DNA of 64,000 nucleotides from a virus: IMG/VR virus record IMGVR_UViG_3300042505_000794, positions 15,190-79,189 of that record. One strand, 5' to 3'. Position 1 is the stretch's first letter. Every line of letters starts with the position of its first letter. The notes beneath the pieces are model-generated. The model worked only from the letters and a program-made list of their open reading frames with translations, had not been told where the DNA came from and searched no databases. Shown here piece after piece: positions 49,507-59,140 of this stretch. The position numbers were made by a program, and so were the translations under genes.

Positions 49507-50190
49507 ATGAGCTACTCAATTTTATTATCCGATTTATCGAAAACACGGTCTATCGTTATTCAAGACTCTGTACCCAATAATGAAACGTCATTAACACTAT
49601 CAGGACCGTCAACGTTTACATTTGGTAAGTATTTTTGGGACAATTTGTTGCATTTATTGGAAAATTTTAGTAATGAAACGTCACCTATAAATCCACTTGA
49701 AGGTCAATTGTGGTATAATAGCGCTACACAATTGTTAAATGTATGTACATCAGTAATTAGGACTGTACCGACATGGGTACCAATTGAAGGGTCAGGTATT
49801 GTTGACTTATCTAATTATATCGATATGTCAAAACCTGCTACAGCTAAAAATTTAAAATTAGGTATACCTGAACCTACAGTTACAATATATTCAGGTGTAA
49901 CTAAAAATGATTTGAATGCATGTACCAAAAAATTCGTTGATGATTGGCATGGTGGAGTTAAAACTGGTTCAGCTAATAATATGAGTTGGGTAATTTACCC
50001 AAACAAATTTACCATCATACAAGGTATTAAAAACGGAAATGTTATACTTCCGTTTGAAATGCGTGATGTTAATTATAGTGTAGTTCTTACAAGTGCAAAT
50101 AGACACGTACATTATAAAGTGTTTAATAAAACGACTAAAACTTTTACAACAAACAGTGAGAACTGGGTTGCTGTAGGAATTGCATTGTGA
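49507..50190 (+). CDS. Baseplate/fibre protein, tandem paralog 3
   Basis: Same N- and C-terminal domains. Confidence 0.75.
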   Translation: MSYSILLSDLSKTRSIVIQDSVPNNETSLTLSGPSTFTFGKYFWDNLLHLLENFSNETSPINPLEGQLWYNSATQLLNVCTSVIRTVPTWVPIEGSGIVDLSNYIDMSKPATAKNLKLGIPEPTVTIYSGVTKNDLNACTKKFVDDWHGGVKTGSANNMSWVIYPNKFTIIQGIKNGNVILPFEMRDVNYSVVLTSANRHVHYKVFNKTTKTFTTNSENWVAVGIAL

Positions 50191-50852
50191 ATTATATAAC
50201 GTACAAAACAGATGGTACACCAATACTGGTTGATTCTAACACTGTAGATGTAAGTACGTCCCTAAGCTTATCAGGCATCAATTATAATCAAGAATATGAT
50301 TCTTCGTTTTGGTCTAATGTGGTACATCTTCTTGAAAATTTTAGTAGTCCATATGAACCATACGGTGCTATATCAGGACAATTATGGTACGATAATTTAA
50401 CTCAACGGTTAAATGTGTTTGATGGAGCTGCTTGGGTTAATTTATCACCTCCAACAGGTGATTTATCAGCATACACTAATACATCTAGAGATACCGTTAC
50501 TGGTAATGTAATCGTAAAAAGTCCAACAACCACAAAATCCGTTACTAATCGTAAATACGTTGAATCAATTACAGCAAAATATACATTTGATAATGGGCGG
50601 TCTCCATATATTGTTTTAGATAACAAGTATGCTGTATTTCAACTAATATTATCAAATAGCGATAAAGAAGTTGTATTACCTATAGCAATGCGAGATACAA
50701 GATACTCAATACTATGTACTCCTAATAGCACCTCTGATATTGTAAATAATGTATACGTAACATTTTTCAATAAAACAACTACTGGTTTCAAAATTTCATC
50801 TTCTGGTGTGTTTGAATCCTTAGCTTGCGTCATTACAGGCTTTACATTATGA
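50187..50852 (+). CDS. Baseplate/fibre protein, tandem paralog 4
   Basis: Same domains; GTGA overlap. Confidence 0.75.
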   Translation: MNYITYKTDGTPILVDSNTVDVSTSLSLSGINYNQEYDSSFWSNVVHLLENFSSPYEPYGAISGQLWYDNLTQRLNVFDGAAWVNLSPPTGDLSAYTNTSRDTVTGNVIVKSPTTTKSVTNRKYVESITAKYTFDNGRSPYIVLDNKYAVFQLILSNSDKEVVLPIAMRDTRYSILCTPNSTSDIVNNVYVTFFNKTTTGFKISSSGVFESLACVITGFTL

Positions 50853-51619
50853 CATATAAAATAGAATTTACAAATAAATCAAAAGCGCCAATTTTTGTAA
50901 AAGATACAGGGTATAACAATCAAACCTCTATGACTATGTTTGGTGTAGCTACGACAGATTATGGGTCAACACTATGGACCAATCTTTTACAGTACATGGA
51001 ACATTATGCAAATACGACTCCACCTGATCACTCCATTGAAGGTCAAATTTGGTACGATACTGCTACTAGCACGTTAAAAATTAATAAAAGTAAAATTGTA
51101 GAATCACCTAATTGGGTGCCAATTGCACCTAAACCTGTTGCTAATACGGCTAACTTGCTGTTACGCACTGGAGGTACACTAACTTATGATTTACAACTTA
51201 CAGATGATATTACTTTAGATAATCAGTTTGCTACCAAAGAATACGCTGACGCTAATGCAAATGTTACATTTGAATCAAAAAATGGAAAGTATCAATATAA
51301 CTTGATGAATTTTAATGGGTTTATCACATTAAACGGTACAGTACAATATCAGGAATTCATTAGTGGTGCGGGTGGTAATTCCGTTGAAATAACAATTCCA
51401 TTCGAAATGAAAGATAGTAATTACTCTGTTATTGTTTCAGTTGGTTCTAAATCTGTTACCTATACACTGGCAAATGAAAATCCTTTTGGACATCATTATT
51501 ATATTGTTGATAAAACACCGCAGTCATTCAGTATACACCTACAAAAACCGGTAGACTTACCTAGTGACGGTGAAATATATTTTTGTTTAGTTGGACTTAC
51601 TTCTTCTACGACGCTATGA
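50849..51619 (+). CDS. Baseplate/fibre protein, tandem paralog 5
   Basis: Same domains; ATGA overlap places the start at 50849. Confidence 0.75.
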   Translation: MTYKIEFTNKSKAPIFVKDTGYNNQTSMTMFGVATTDYGSTLWTNLLQYMEHYANTTPPDHSIEGQIWYDTATSTLKINKSKIVESPNWVPIAPKPVANTANLLLRTGGTLTYDLQLTDDITLDNQFATKEYADANANVTFESKNGKYQYNLMNFNGFITLNGTVQYQEFISGAGGNSVEITIPFEMKDSNYSVIVSVGSKSVTYTLANENPFGHHYYIVDKTPQSFSIHLQKPVDLPSDGEIYFCLVGLTSSTTL

Positions 51620-53871
51620 CATATACAATAAAATTTACTGACGATACAAAAACAACCTTCACAATACCGACATATCAATTTGATGGTCCGGGTGCACCTG
51701 GTGGCCAACATACATCATTAATGTTAGTTGGAAAGGGTTACGCTGACTACGGTGAAGAGTTATGGACAAATTTAGTTCATATGCTTGAGAATCACAGCAA
51801 TTCACTACCGCCTCAATCACCAATTGAAGGTCAAATTTGGTATGATAATTCTTTATCAGAGAATCTAAAGATTTATAAGCGTGGTCCAGGTGTACAATCT
51901 CGTTGGGTCGATATTGTCGATACTGAATTATTACGTAAATTATTGTATAGTTCTGATTTCTTTCCAGAATCAATTTTACAGTATGACGTACGTATACCTG
52001 CAGGTGTTACAAATTTGCATGGGAATGTACATATAACCGGTAAGCTTGAAGTTGACGGTGGAATATTCTCATATAAAGCTCCTGAATCAATGAGTGAAGT
52101 TGTAACATTAGGGTTCTTGAACAATAAATTATCTGATATAACTTCCAAATATGTACCGTTAGTTTCTCCGCCTAGCGGTTCAACTATTAAAGGTGCTTTA
52201 TCTATCGATGGAACGTTTACAGCTTTAGAAACGATTATAATTAAAAATGTACCAGCTGCTGATTACGAAGGAGCAAATAAATTATACGTTGATCAAGCTA
52301 TTAAAAACGGGGGTGTAGGTTGGCCAAGTAAGAAACCATTGACTGTTTTACTCACAGCTAACGGTAAAGATGTAGAGTTTAGTGATCTAACACCTGAGTA
52401 CATCTGTAAATATTCGGGAACTATATCATCTGACCGTACACAATTTATGGTAATTGCAGGGGATACAACTACAGATAGAGCGTATTGGAAGAACCTAGAT
52501 ACCGATTATGTATATGTCGGTGATAATAATTCTAGTGATCAAGATATTATTGGTGCAAAAACGTTTAATAAATTAACTTTAAACGGTGAAGTAAATGATG
52601 CAGATGGACCTGGAGCAGCGGGCGAGGTACTAACATCTCAGGGTGTCGGTTTACCTCCTATTTGGTCGTCTGTGAGTGGGGGAGGAGGTTCTACCCCGTC
52701 CCCGGGATTCACTGGGCTGTTTGATAATGGAACCAATGAAACTGTAACTGTAACATCTGGAACACGATCTATAACGTATCAGCGTGGGTACATGCGGTTG
52801 CCAAATAATCTTATTGCGCAATGGATTATTGGGTACCCGTTATCTGATGATTCAGCTATATATGCAGGTTTTAAAACAACCAACACATATACATTTACTG
52901 AAAATCAAGATGATTTAAAATTCTTATATTCATCTTTACTCGTGGACGATAATATATTAAGTCGATATTCTTGGAAATACCCGTTTAGTAATATTAATTT
53001 TAAAAGTGTTACATCACAGTTATCAGATAACATAGGTGTTTTTTCACCGTCAAAAAACAATTATAAATGGTCTGAGTTTGGATCATCTAAAACAAATGCT
53101 TGTGTTTCGTTTCAACAATTTGATACCAGACATTGGTATGAAGGTACATCTAATCCTCCATTCATTAAAGTTGCACCTTTAATATTTGCATTAGGTACTG
53201 AAGATATTACTTCACCTTATGTACCTGAAAAACCATCACGCTTAGTGTTTAGTACTAATGGTGATACTTGGACCATACCTAGCAATGCTACAGCTGTTAG
53301 ATTCACTCTCATTGGAGGGGGCTCAGGTGGTACAAAAGGTGTTAACGATAACGACTGGGAAAACGGTGGTGGGGGAGGTGGTTCAGGTGGTATTAAAATT
53401 TACGATGCATTACCTGCAGATATCGGCACAGAAGTTAAATTTTACATAGGTAGCGGTGGAGCGTCAGATTACCCTGGCACCCAAACGAGCATTAACGTAA
53501 AGACCCTTGCAACCGGAGCAAATTTTAATAAACCATTAGCAGTAGCGGGTGGTGGTCTCAAAGGTAAAGGTATAAAAGGTGGGTTAGGTGGTATTCCCGG
53601 CGGGAACAATGGTACAAACGGTGCTCAAGATAAATCTAGTGATTCGACAGTTGGTGTAAGATCTGGTATGGGTGGAGCCAGTCCACTTGCTCTAGGTAGT
53701 GGTGGTCTCAGTGGTAGTGGTTCAATTTTACAACCTGATATAGCTGGTGTAATGGTGTACGGTGTAGGTGGTCCAGGGTTATACTGGGGAGCGGGCGGAG
53801 GGGGTGGACGAAATGGTAAATTAGGTGGAGCTGGTATGAAAGGTGTAGTGATAGCTGACATAACATACTAA
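51616..53871 (+). CDS. Tail fibre with glycine-rich C-terminal domain, tandem paralog 6
   Basis: Same N-terminal domain; GEVLTSQG..PP.W; LIGGGSGG glycine-rich domain; ATGA overlap places the start at 51616. Confidence 0.8.
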   Translation: MTYTIKFTDDTKTTFTIPTYQFDGPGAPGGQHTSLMLVGKGYADYGEELWTNLVHMLENHSNSLPPQSPIEGQIWYDNSLSENLKIYKRGPGVQSRWVDIVDTELLRKLLYSSDFFPESILQYDVRIPAGVTNLHGNVHITGKLEVDGGIFSYKAPESMSEVVTLGFLNNKLSDITSKYVPLVSPPSGSTIKGALSIDGTFTALETIIIKNVPAADYEGANKLYVDQAIKNGGVGWPSKKPLTVLLTANGKDVEFSDLTPEYICKYSGTISSDRTQFMVIAGDTTTDRAYWKNLDTDYVYVGDNNSSDQDIIGAKTFNKLTLNGEVNDADGPGAAGEVLTSQGVGLPPIWSSVSGGGGSTPSPGFTGLFDNGTNETVTVTSGTRSITYQRGYMRLPNNLIAQWIIGYPLSDDSAIYAGFKTTNTYTFTENQDDLKFLYSSLLVDDNILSRYSWKYPFSNINFKSVTSQLSDNIGVFSPSKNNYKWSEFGSSKTNACVSFQQFDTRHWYEGTSNPPFIKVAPLIFALGTEDITSPYVPEKPSRLVFSTNGDTWTIPSNATAVRFTLIGGGSGGTKGVNDNDWENGGGGGGSGGIKIYDALPADIGTEVKFYIGSGGASDYPGTQTSINVKTLATGANFNKPLAVAGGGLKGKGIKGGLGGIPGGNNGTNGAQDKSSDSTVGVRSGMGGASPLALGSGGLSGSGSILQPDIAGVMVYGVGGPGLYWGAGGGGGRNGKLGGAGMKGVVIADITY

Positions 53872-53880
53872 ACAAACAAT

Positions 53881-53908
53881 AAAAAAGCCTCTTTCGAGGC
53901 TTTTTTTT
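53881..53908. terminator. Bidirectional intrinsic terminator
   Basis: AAAAAAGCCTC-TTTC-GAGGCTTTTTTTT. Confidence 0.88.
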
Positions 53909-54383
53909 AGTTATATTGATTTAAATATTTCTGTTTTAAATCTTCCATTAAATCTGTATACTCACGATAATCTTGTTTATTTTTCCGTAAATCCATATAC
54001 ACATTATACGCATCTGTCATTGCTGAAAAATCTACAGGCGATATTCTAATCGATACCCAGTTCATATCATCGATACACCCGCGATTATTTCCTAATAACG
54101 AGTTAGCATATATTTTACCAATAACCTCACCTACCGACACTTTAGGTTGTGCATCTAATGATGTGTTTACTACTGAAATTTCAATTGGGAACGATCCATG
54201 AACCTTACCACAATTTGAACAAACAGAAAATGATAGTGTGTTGCCATCGTAGTTGATACCGCAGTTTTCTGGTACATATGATAGTAATTCAGAATTAGGC
54301 TTATCGGTGTAAATCCAAAAATTATCATAGCACTTTGACTCAACTGTCAATAACAGACCGTTACATAAGTTACATTGTTGCAT
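53907..54383 (-). CDS. Hypothetical protein with two CxxC pairs
   Basis: CNLC and CSNC. Confidence 0.6.
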   Translation of the reverse strand: MQQCNLCNGLLLTVESKCYDNFWIYTDKPNSELLSYVPENCGINYDGNTLSFSVCSNCGKVHGSFPIEISVVNTSLDAQPKVSVGEVIGKIYANSLLGNNRGCIDDMNWVSIRISPVDFSAMTDAYNVYMDLRKNKQDYREYTDLMEDLKQKYLNQYN

Positions 54384-54627
54384 GTGTTTTCCTATCCATT
54401 AAATCTTGACATCCAGCGCAATAATCGCAGGACGTTTTAATTGTTAAAATTATCTGTTGTCTTTCTACGGGTATAATAGACCTACAAATTATACATTCTA
54501 GACTTACATCAATTAGCGCGTCGATATCTCTAACCAGTGGAATATTATTTAATATTTTAGTAATTCCTGATCTACGTGTATCTTCTTCACATATAAATGC
54601 AGCATCATTACCTCTATAGTTGAGCAT
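54370..54627 (-). CDS. TraR/DksA C4 zinc-finger paralog lacking DxxDxA
   Basis: CIIC..IIPVERQ...YCAGCQ. Confidence 0.75.
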   Translation of the reverse strand: MLNYRGNDAAFICEEDTRRSGITKILNNIPLVRDIDALIDVSLECIICRSIIPVERQQIILTIKTSCDYCAGCQDLMDRKTHATM

Positions 54628-54898
54628 ACAGTTTGTCCTGCTTGTCCATTATATCTTGACATCCGACACAATATTCACATGTTTCTTTTATTGTCAACAC
54701 TAATCGTTGACGCTCAACCGGGATTATCGTACCGCATATATCACACTCCAATCCTTCGATTGTTACGATATCTTCAATTTTGCGGTTTCTAGGTACACCA
54801 CTCAAGATTCTTGCTATACTGATATTACGTTCATTTTCTTCAAATGCAGACGCAATATCACATTCATCCAATACCTCGTTATTAGTTATATCTACCAT
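54614..54898 (-). CDS. TraR/DksA C4 zinc-finger protein
   Basis: DECDIA (DxxDxA) plus CDIC..IPVERQ..YCVGCQ. Confidence 0.85.
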   Translation of the reverse strand: MVDITNNEVLDECDIASAFEENERNISIARILSGVPRNRKIEDIVTIEGLECDICGTIIPVERQRLVLTIKETCEYCVGCQDIMDKQDKLYAQL

Positions 54899-54907
54899 TC
54901 GTTATCC

Positions 54908-55528
54908 TTAAAAATAGTAAGGGTTGTGCGTATTGTTAAATTCACTTACCTTATTATACACTTTGTTCTTAATATCCAACTGGTATATAGCATTATTTTC
55001 AACCATATTAGAGTTTAAAAACTTTGTAGAACTAAGATTAGCTTCACTGTCCATATACAAAGGTGATATTGCATTTCTGAACACAAATAACTCATTACCT
55101 TTGATACACCCACAAGCAAACGATCCTTCTATCTCTGACAATTTTGTAAAATCATCTTGAATATATTCCGCTAGTGCTTGAGTATCCCAAATATACTCTG
55201 TACCTAATTCACAGTTAATACGACCGACTTCAGCATCTTTGATTATACCGTTATGTAATAACGCTACTTTTCCTTGATATGGATGAATTCGATCGAATTC
55301 TTGCACTAACCCGTTCGTTGGAGCTTGACAGTGACCTAATATGTAATCTCCCTCTTCATAGAACTCCGTATTAAATAAGTCATTATTAAATGGACCAAAA
55401 CCCTTATATACTTCATAGCTATCTGGTTTGATAATAGTCAAAGAATGACTAAACGCGCCACGATATGTATTGAGCTTGATCAATTCAAGAAATTTTGTTT
55501 TTGAATAGCTTCCAACAATAGAGCACAT
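54908..55528 (-). CDS. Class II (Ntn) glutamine amidotransferase, stand-alone, next to queC
   Basis: N-terminal MCSIVG (Cys2), GHCQAPT, IHP, LLHNGII, WDT, IEGSFAC. Confidence 0.85.
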   Translation of the reverse strand: MCSIVGSYSKTKFLELIKLNTYRGAFSHSLTIIKPDSYEVYKGFGPFNNDLFNTEFYEEGDYILGHCQAPTNGLVQEFDRIHPYQGKVALLHNGIIKDAEVGRINCELGTEYIWDTQALAEYIQDDFTKLSEIEGSFACGCIKGNELFVFRNAISPLYMDSEANLSSTKFLNSNMVENNAIYQLDIKNKVYNKVSEFNNTHNPYYF

Positions 55529-55533
55529 ATCAT

Positions 55534-56250
55534 TTACCAGTTAATATCAATTAAATATTCAATAGGATCTTTTTGTCCTAAATTTTTAAATGCTCTTATT
55601 CTTTCTGCACATGATGGACATGTACCGCATGATTTACCATCGACGGGATCGTAACATGTGATAGTTTTTGAATAATCGCATCCAAGCTCTAAACCAATTT
55701 TAAGCTCTTCGGTTTTGTTTAAACTAACTAACGGTGTCAATACTTTAATTCCATGTAGTCTGTTTAACTCAACAATTCCAGATAATCGTTCAACAAACTC
55801 GGGCGTTGTATCCCAATAATTATACTGGTCGTTTGAATTTAAACCTAACGCTATAGCATCACACTCATTAGCTTCAGCGAATGATAGCAGCATAGATGAA
55901 AATAATAAGTTTCTAAATGGAACGTAGGTTATTGGTTGTGGGTTACCTAAAATATCAACAATGGTTGGCATTTCAATATCAGACCCACTAATATTCGTAC
56001 TAACTTTACGTGCTATATCACCTAAAAATGATATATCTACCGTTTTATGTACTACACCTAATTTTTCACACGATGCTTTTGCTAAATCTAGTTCAATGCT
56101 TTGTTTTTGCTGATAATAAAATGAAATAGCGTAAACGTTTTCGCTACCGTATTTGTCAGCTAACATATACAATAACGTTGTACTGTCTAATCCACCTGAT
56201 AACGAGATTGCTATTTTTTTGATGTCATCGTCTAAATTATTCATCTTCAT
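55534..56250 (-). CDS. queC: 7-cyano-7-deazaguanine synthase
   Basis: SLSGGLDS, TYVPFRN, C-x8-C-x2-C-x2-C. Confidence 0.95.
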   Translation of the reverse strand: MKMNNLDDDIKKIAISLSGGLDSTTLLYMLADKYGSENVYAISFYYQQKQSIELDLAKASCEKLGVVHKTVDISFLGDIARKVSTNISGSDIEMPTIVDILGNPQPITYVPFRNLLFSSMLLSFAEANECDAIALGLNSNDQYNYWDTTPEFVERLSGIVELNRLHGIKVLTPLVSLNKTEELKIGLELGCDYSKTITCYDPVDGKSCGTCPSCAERIRAFKNLGQKDPIEYLIDINW

Positions 56251-56323
56251 CCTTTTTGAGTTAAAAAAATTACATAGATATTATATATTATATCATTATA
56301 ATAAATCAATAAATATATGTTTT

Positions 56324-56393
56324 ACCTGTATGTTGTTCCCTTTTGTTCCCTTTGGGAGATCAAATGATCAGGCTAACATATATCTAGGTATAT
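56324..56393. repeat. Conserved non-coding element, copy B
   Basis: Shares identical 21-nt and 14-nt blocks with 35253-35320. Confidence 0.8.
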
Positions 56394-56461
56394 AAACTCT
56401 ATTCTCATTGAGTACCCCTAAGGGATTCAAAGGGATCATACATGTTCCATTTGAGGTTAAT

Positions 56462-56755
56462 ATGAAATTGCAAGACCTTTTTGAAAGTAAGATTGAATAT
56501 CTCGTAAGTCAAAAAATAATGAAGGAAATTAAAAAAGCTGCTATGGATCCAGCAACTGTTGTTAAACGTGCTGTTGAACTTGTACAACAGGTATACAATC
56601 AAAACAATGTAACTATACCAACTAACCCTACAAAAATGTCGTATAAGCAATATATCGATCACTGTACATATGCTGTAAAACAGCTACATGCAGCTACCGC
56701 TAAAGGTGTTCGTGACGATTCATGGAAGTTCACACCTGATAAAGAACCAATCTAA
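56462..56755 (+). CDS. Hypothetical late protein (MKLQDLFE N-terminus)
   Basis: GAGG RBS favours start 56462 over the ORF-track start. Confidence 0.7.
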   Translation: MKLQDLFESKIEYLVSQKIMKEIKKAAMDPATVVKRAVELVQQVYNQNNVTIPTNPTKMSYKQYIDHCTYAVKQLHAATAKGVRDDSWKFTPDKEPI

Positions 56756-56820
56756 AAATAATTTGTTATCATTATCATTTTATATTATAATATTCATTTC
56801 TAAACTTTATGAGGTTTGAG

Positions 56821-57672
56821 ATGAGCGAAAAAGCGTACAAATTAGGTGAAAAACCTTTTTATTCGATTCAAGGTGAAGGACAGTTTGCTGGTGTACCTAG
56901 TGTATGGGCTCGAGTATTCGGTTGTAACTTTCAATGCCCTGGGTTTCCATGCGATACTGAATATTCATGGGGTAAACAATATAACTCATTAGTTAACTCT
57001 TATACCGTATCAGAAATAATTAACGAATTTACAAATTTAGTCGTGTCACCGTCAAATCCAAAAGGGTTAATGGTACACCCTGTTACAAAAAACCAAATCC
57101 ATGTTGTTTTTACTGGTGGTGAACCATTATTACCGAAATATCAAACACTCATCAGTGAATTCATCGTTGAAGTTAATAAACCTGAGAACATTGATAGATG
57201 GTTTCCAACTATTCCACAATCAGCAATAGCTTGTACAGCTGATGATAGATATTCATTGAATATTACGATCGAATCAAACGGTTCTCAGAAGTTAACTACA
57301 TTGTTAGCGGATACAATTGATTATTATGATAATATTGATGTGCTATTCTCATTGAGTCCAAAATTAAAATCGGTTAGTGGTGAACCCAACGGTGTTAATA
57401 TTGAAAACGTTAATAAACTAATCAATGATTACGGTGTACAATTAAAGTTTGTTTGTGATGAATCTGATGAATGTGAACAAGAATTAGACGGTTATGTTTC
57501 ACAATTGTATCGTGGTCCATATGAAGAGAATTTATTGTGGGTCATGCCTAAAGGTACAACTCGTGAAGACCAACTAGATATTGCTGGCGTGGTTGAAAAG
57601 TATCAAGCTAAAGGTTTTAGAATTGCTACAAGAAACCACACCTATATTTGGTCTGACTCACAAGGTCGTTAA
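56821..57672 (+). CDS. queE: 7-carboxy-7-deazaguanine synthase (radical SAM)
   Basis: FYSIQGEG...GVPS, GCNFQCPGFPCDT, FTGGEPLL, IESNG, SLSPKL; GAGG RBS favours 56821; TTGTTA-N17-TATAAT upstream. Confidence 0.92.
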   Translation: MSEKAYKLGEKPFYSIQGEGQFAGVPSVWARVFGCNFQCPGFPCDTEYSWGKQYNSLVNSYTVSEIINEFTNLVVSPSNPKGLMVHPVTKNQIHVVFTGGEPLLPKYQTLISEFIVEVNKPENIDRWFPTIPQSAIACTADDRYSLNITIESNGSQKLTTLLADTIDYYDNIDVLFSLSPKLKSVSGEPNGVNIENVNKLINDYGVQLKFVCDESDECEQELDGYVSQLYRGPYEENLLWVMPKGTTREDQLDIAGVVEKYQAKGFRIATRNHTYIWSDSQGR

Positions 57673-58352
57673 TTAACCTTAATCATTACACAGTTAGATT
57701 TTATCTCGTTGCTTGCGTGCGGTAAGTATGTTTTAATTACGATAAGTTTGGTATCATGTTTTACTTTAATGATTAAACCTTGTTGTGCAGACATACTATA
57801 CACTTGCGCAAACTTAACATAAAAATCTTTACTGTTTAAAAAATTGATTTTGTCTATAGCTTCTTTTAATATCTGCTCTATATGATCGTGTGTTACATAT
57901 TTTTGTAACCCACGATCTTTCACTTGGTCTAAACTATGATAACTACTATCTTCTCTAACCGTGAACTCACGGTACTTCATTGGTGATGAATTATCAAAAA
58001 CTTCATAGATATTGGACATTTTCACTACCGATAAACTATTGTTAGACGCTAAAATACTCGAGTCGTGCTGTGTATTGAGAAATATTGTACCAGATTTGAT
58101 GTTATGAGCGCAAAAAAACACAACGTTGTATTGAGTTAAATGCATATAAAACGCTCGAACCTCTATACCATCTCTAATGATCAGTTCTAATCTATCTGCA
58201 AAATTTCTACACGCAGATCTTAAACTCGTAATAGTTAACCCAGCTGGTAAATCACCAGCTTCATGTTTTAAAATAAATTTAAGTCCACCTACCACACCTA
58301 ATCTTGTATCACCGCTTACGTGAGTCTGGGTATGTATCTCAGTTAATTTCAT
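57669..58352 (-). CDS. Hypothetical late protein (MKLTEI N-terminus)
   Basis: 227-aa ORF; AGGA RBS and TAAATA upstream on minus. Confidence 0.65.
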   Translation of the reverse strand: MKLTEIHTQTHVSGDTRLGVVGGLKFILKHEAGDLPAGLTITSLRSACRNFADRLELIIRDGIEVRAFYMHLTQYNVVFFCAHNIKSGTIFLNTQHDSSILASNNSLSVVKMSNIYEVFDNSSPMKYREFTVREDSSYHSLDQVKDRGLQKYVTHDHIEQILKEAIDKINFLNSKDFYVKFAQVYSMSAQQGLIIKVKHDTKLIVIKTYLPHASNEIKSNCVMIKVN

Positions 58353-58391
58353 ATATGTATCCTGTATATCACTGTATTCTTTATTTATCTA

Positions 58392-58436
58392 TTGATTTTT
58401 TTAATAAAATTTACTATAATAACAACTGTATAAATA
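58392..58436 (+). promoter_or_regulatory. Tandem early and late promoters
   Basis: TTGATT-N17-TATAAT (58392-58420), then TATAAATA (58429-58436). Confidence 0.7.
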
Positions 58437-58464
58437 ATAATGATATTGTAAAAACTAAAGGAAA

Positions 58465-58628
58465 AACGTAGTCCAGGATCATTTCGATTCTAACTTCTCA
58501 GGGTATTAGAGAAGTACGTTCTAACAATAGTGTATACTGGTTGGGTGAAAATCCCAACGGCAAGCCAGTTCACTATCAAATTTATAGTGTATGAGTTTTT
58601 TATTATAAGGTTGTTACACTCATATGCG
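58465..58628 (+). ncRNA. Candidate structured 5' leader RNA
   Basis: Stems AACGTA/TACGTT, ACTTCTC/GAGAAGT, ATAGTG/CACTAT, ACTGG/CCAGT, TTGGG-TGAAAAT-CCCAA, TATGAGT/ACTCATA. Confidence 0.45.
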
Positions 58629-58643
58629 ACGAAGGAGATAATA

Positions 58644-59099
58644 ATGGTAAAAAAATTATTCGCGTTAATGTTTGGTTTATCATCAGTTGTTGGTATAGCA
58701 CACGCTGATCATTTAAAGAGTATTGATAAGGAAACACTCGAATGTATGGTTCGAGTATCCTTAGCGGAAGGTGAAAACCAGACTAAGAAAACAAAAATTG
58801 GGATTATGTATACAATTCATAATCGTGTAAAGGATAAAGCCTTTAAATCCAAATCACATTGTACCATCGCAAATTCGAGAGGGCAATTTAGTCATAGAAA
58901 GGTAAAACGTTCAAAAAAACATATTGAACTGATGAACCTTGCTAAATTGGTGGTATTGGAGTATATTAAAGACCCCACAGATGGGGCAACATTTTTTCAT
59001 GACGATTCATTAAAACGGAATCCATTTCGTCATACAGCACGGACGGTACAATTAGATAACATGCTATTTTATAAACGCGTCGGTACTTCTAGCGCGTAG
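58644..59099 (+). CDS. SleB/Hydrolase_2-family cell wall hydrolase with Sec signal peptide
   Basis: AAGGAG RBS; MVKKLFALMFGLSSVVGIAHA; LAEGE, NRV, GQFS, DPTDGATFFH, NMLFYK. Confidence 0.85.
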   Translation: MVKKLFALMFGLSSVVGIAHADHLKSIDKETLECMVRVSLAEGENQTKKTKIGIMYTIHNRVKDKAFKSKSHCTIANSRGQFSHRKVKRSKKHIELMNLAKLVVLEYIKDPTDGATFFHDDSLKRNPFRHTARTVQLDNMLFYKRVGTSSA

Positions 59100-59140
59100 G
59101 TTTAGGAAAGAAGACAATATCATTTAAAGTTTTTCCTATT

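Noticed and set aside
35253-56393. CRISPR array or solitary CRISPR repeat
   Set aside because: Only two dispersed copies, no spacers, and poor match to repeat families I know
56251-56400. preQ1 riboswitch upstream of queC
   Set aside because: No preQ1 consensus seen; the probable queC promoter lies downstream of the repeat element on the minus strand
58465-58575. FMN/cobalamin riboswitch or tRNA
   Set aside because: Only a T-loop hairpin matches; no other conserved elements and no cloverleaf
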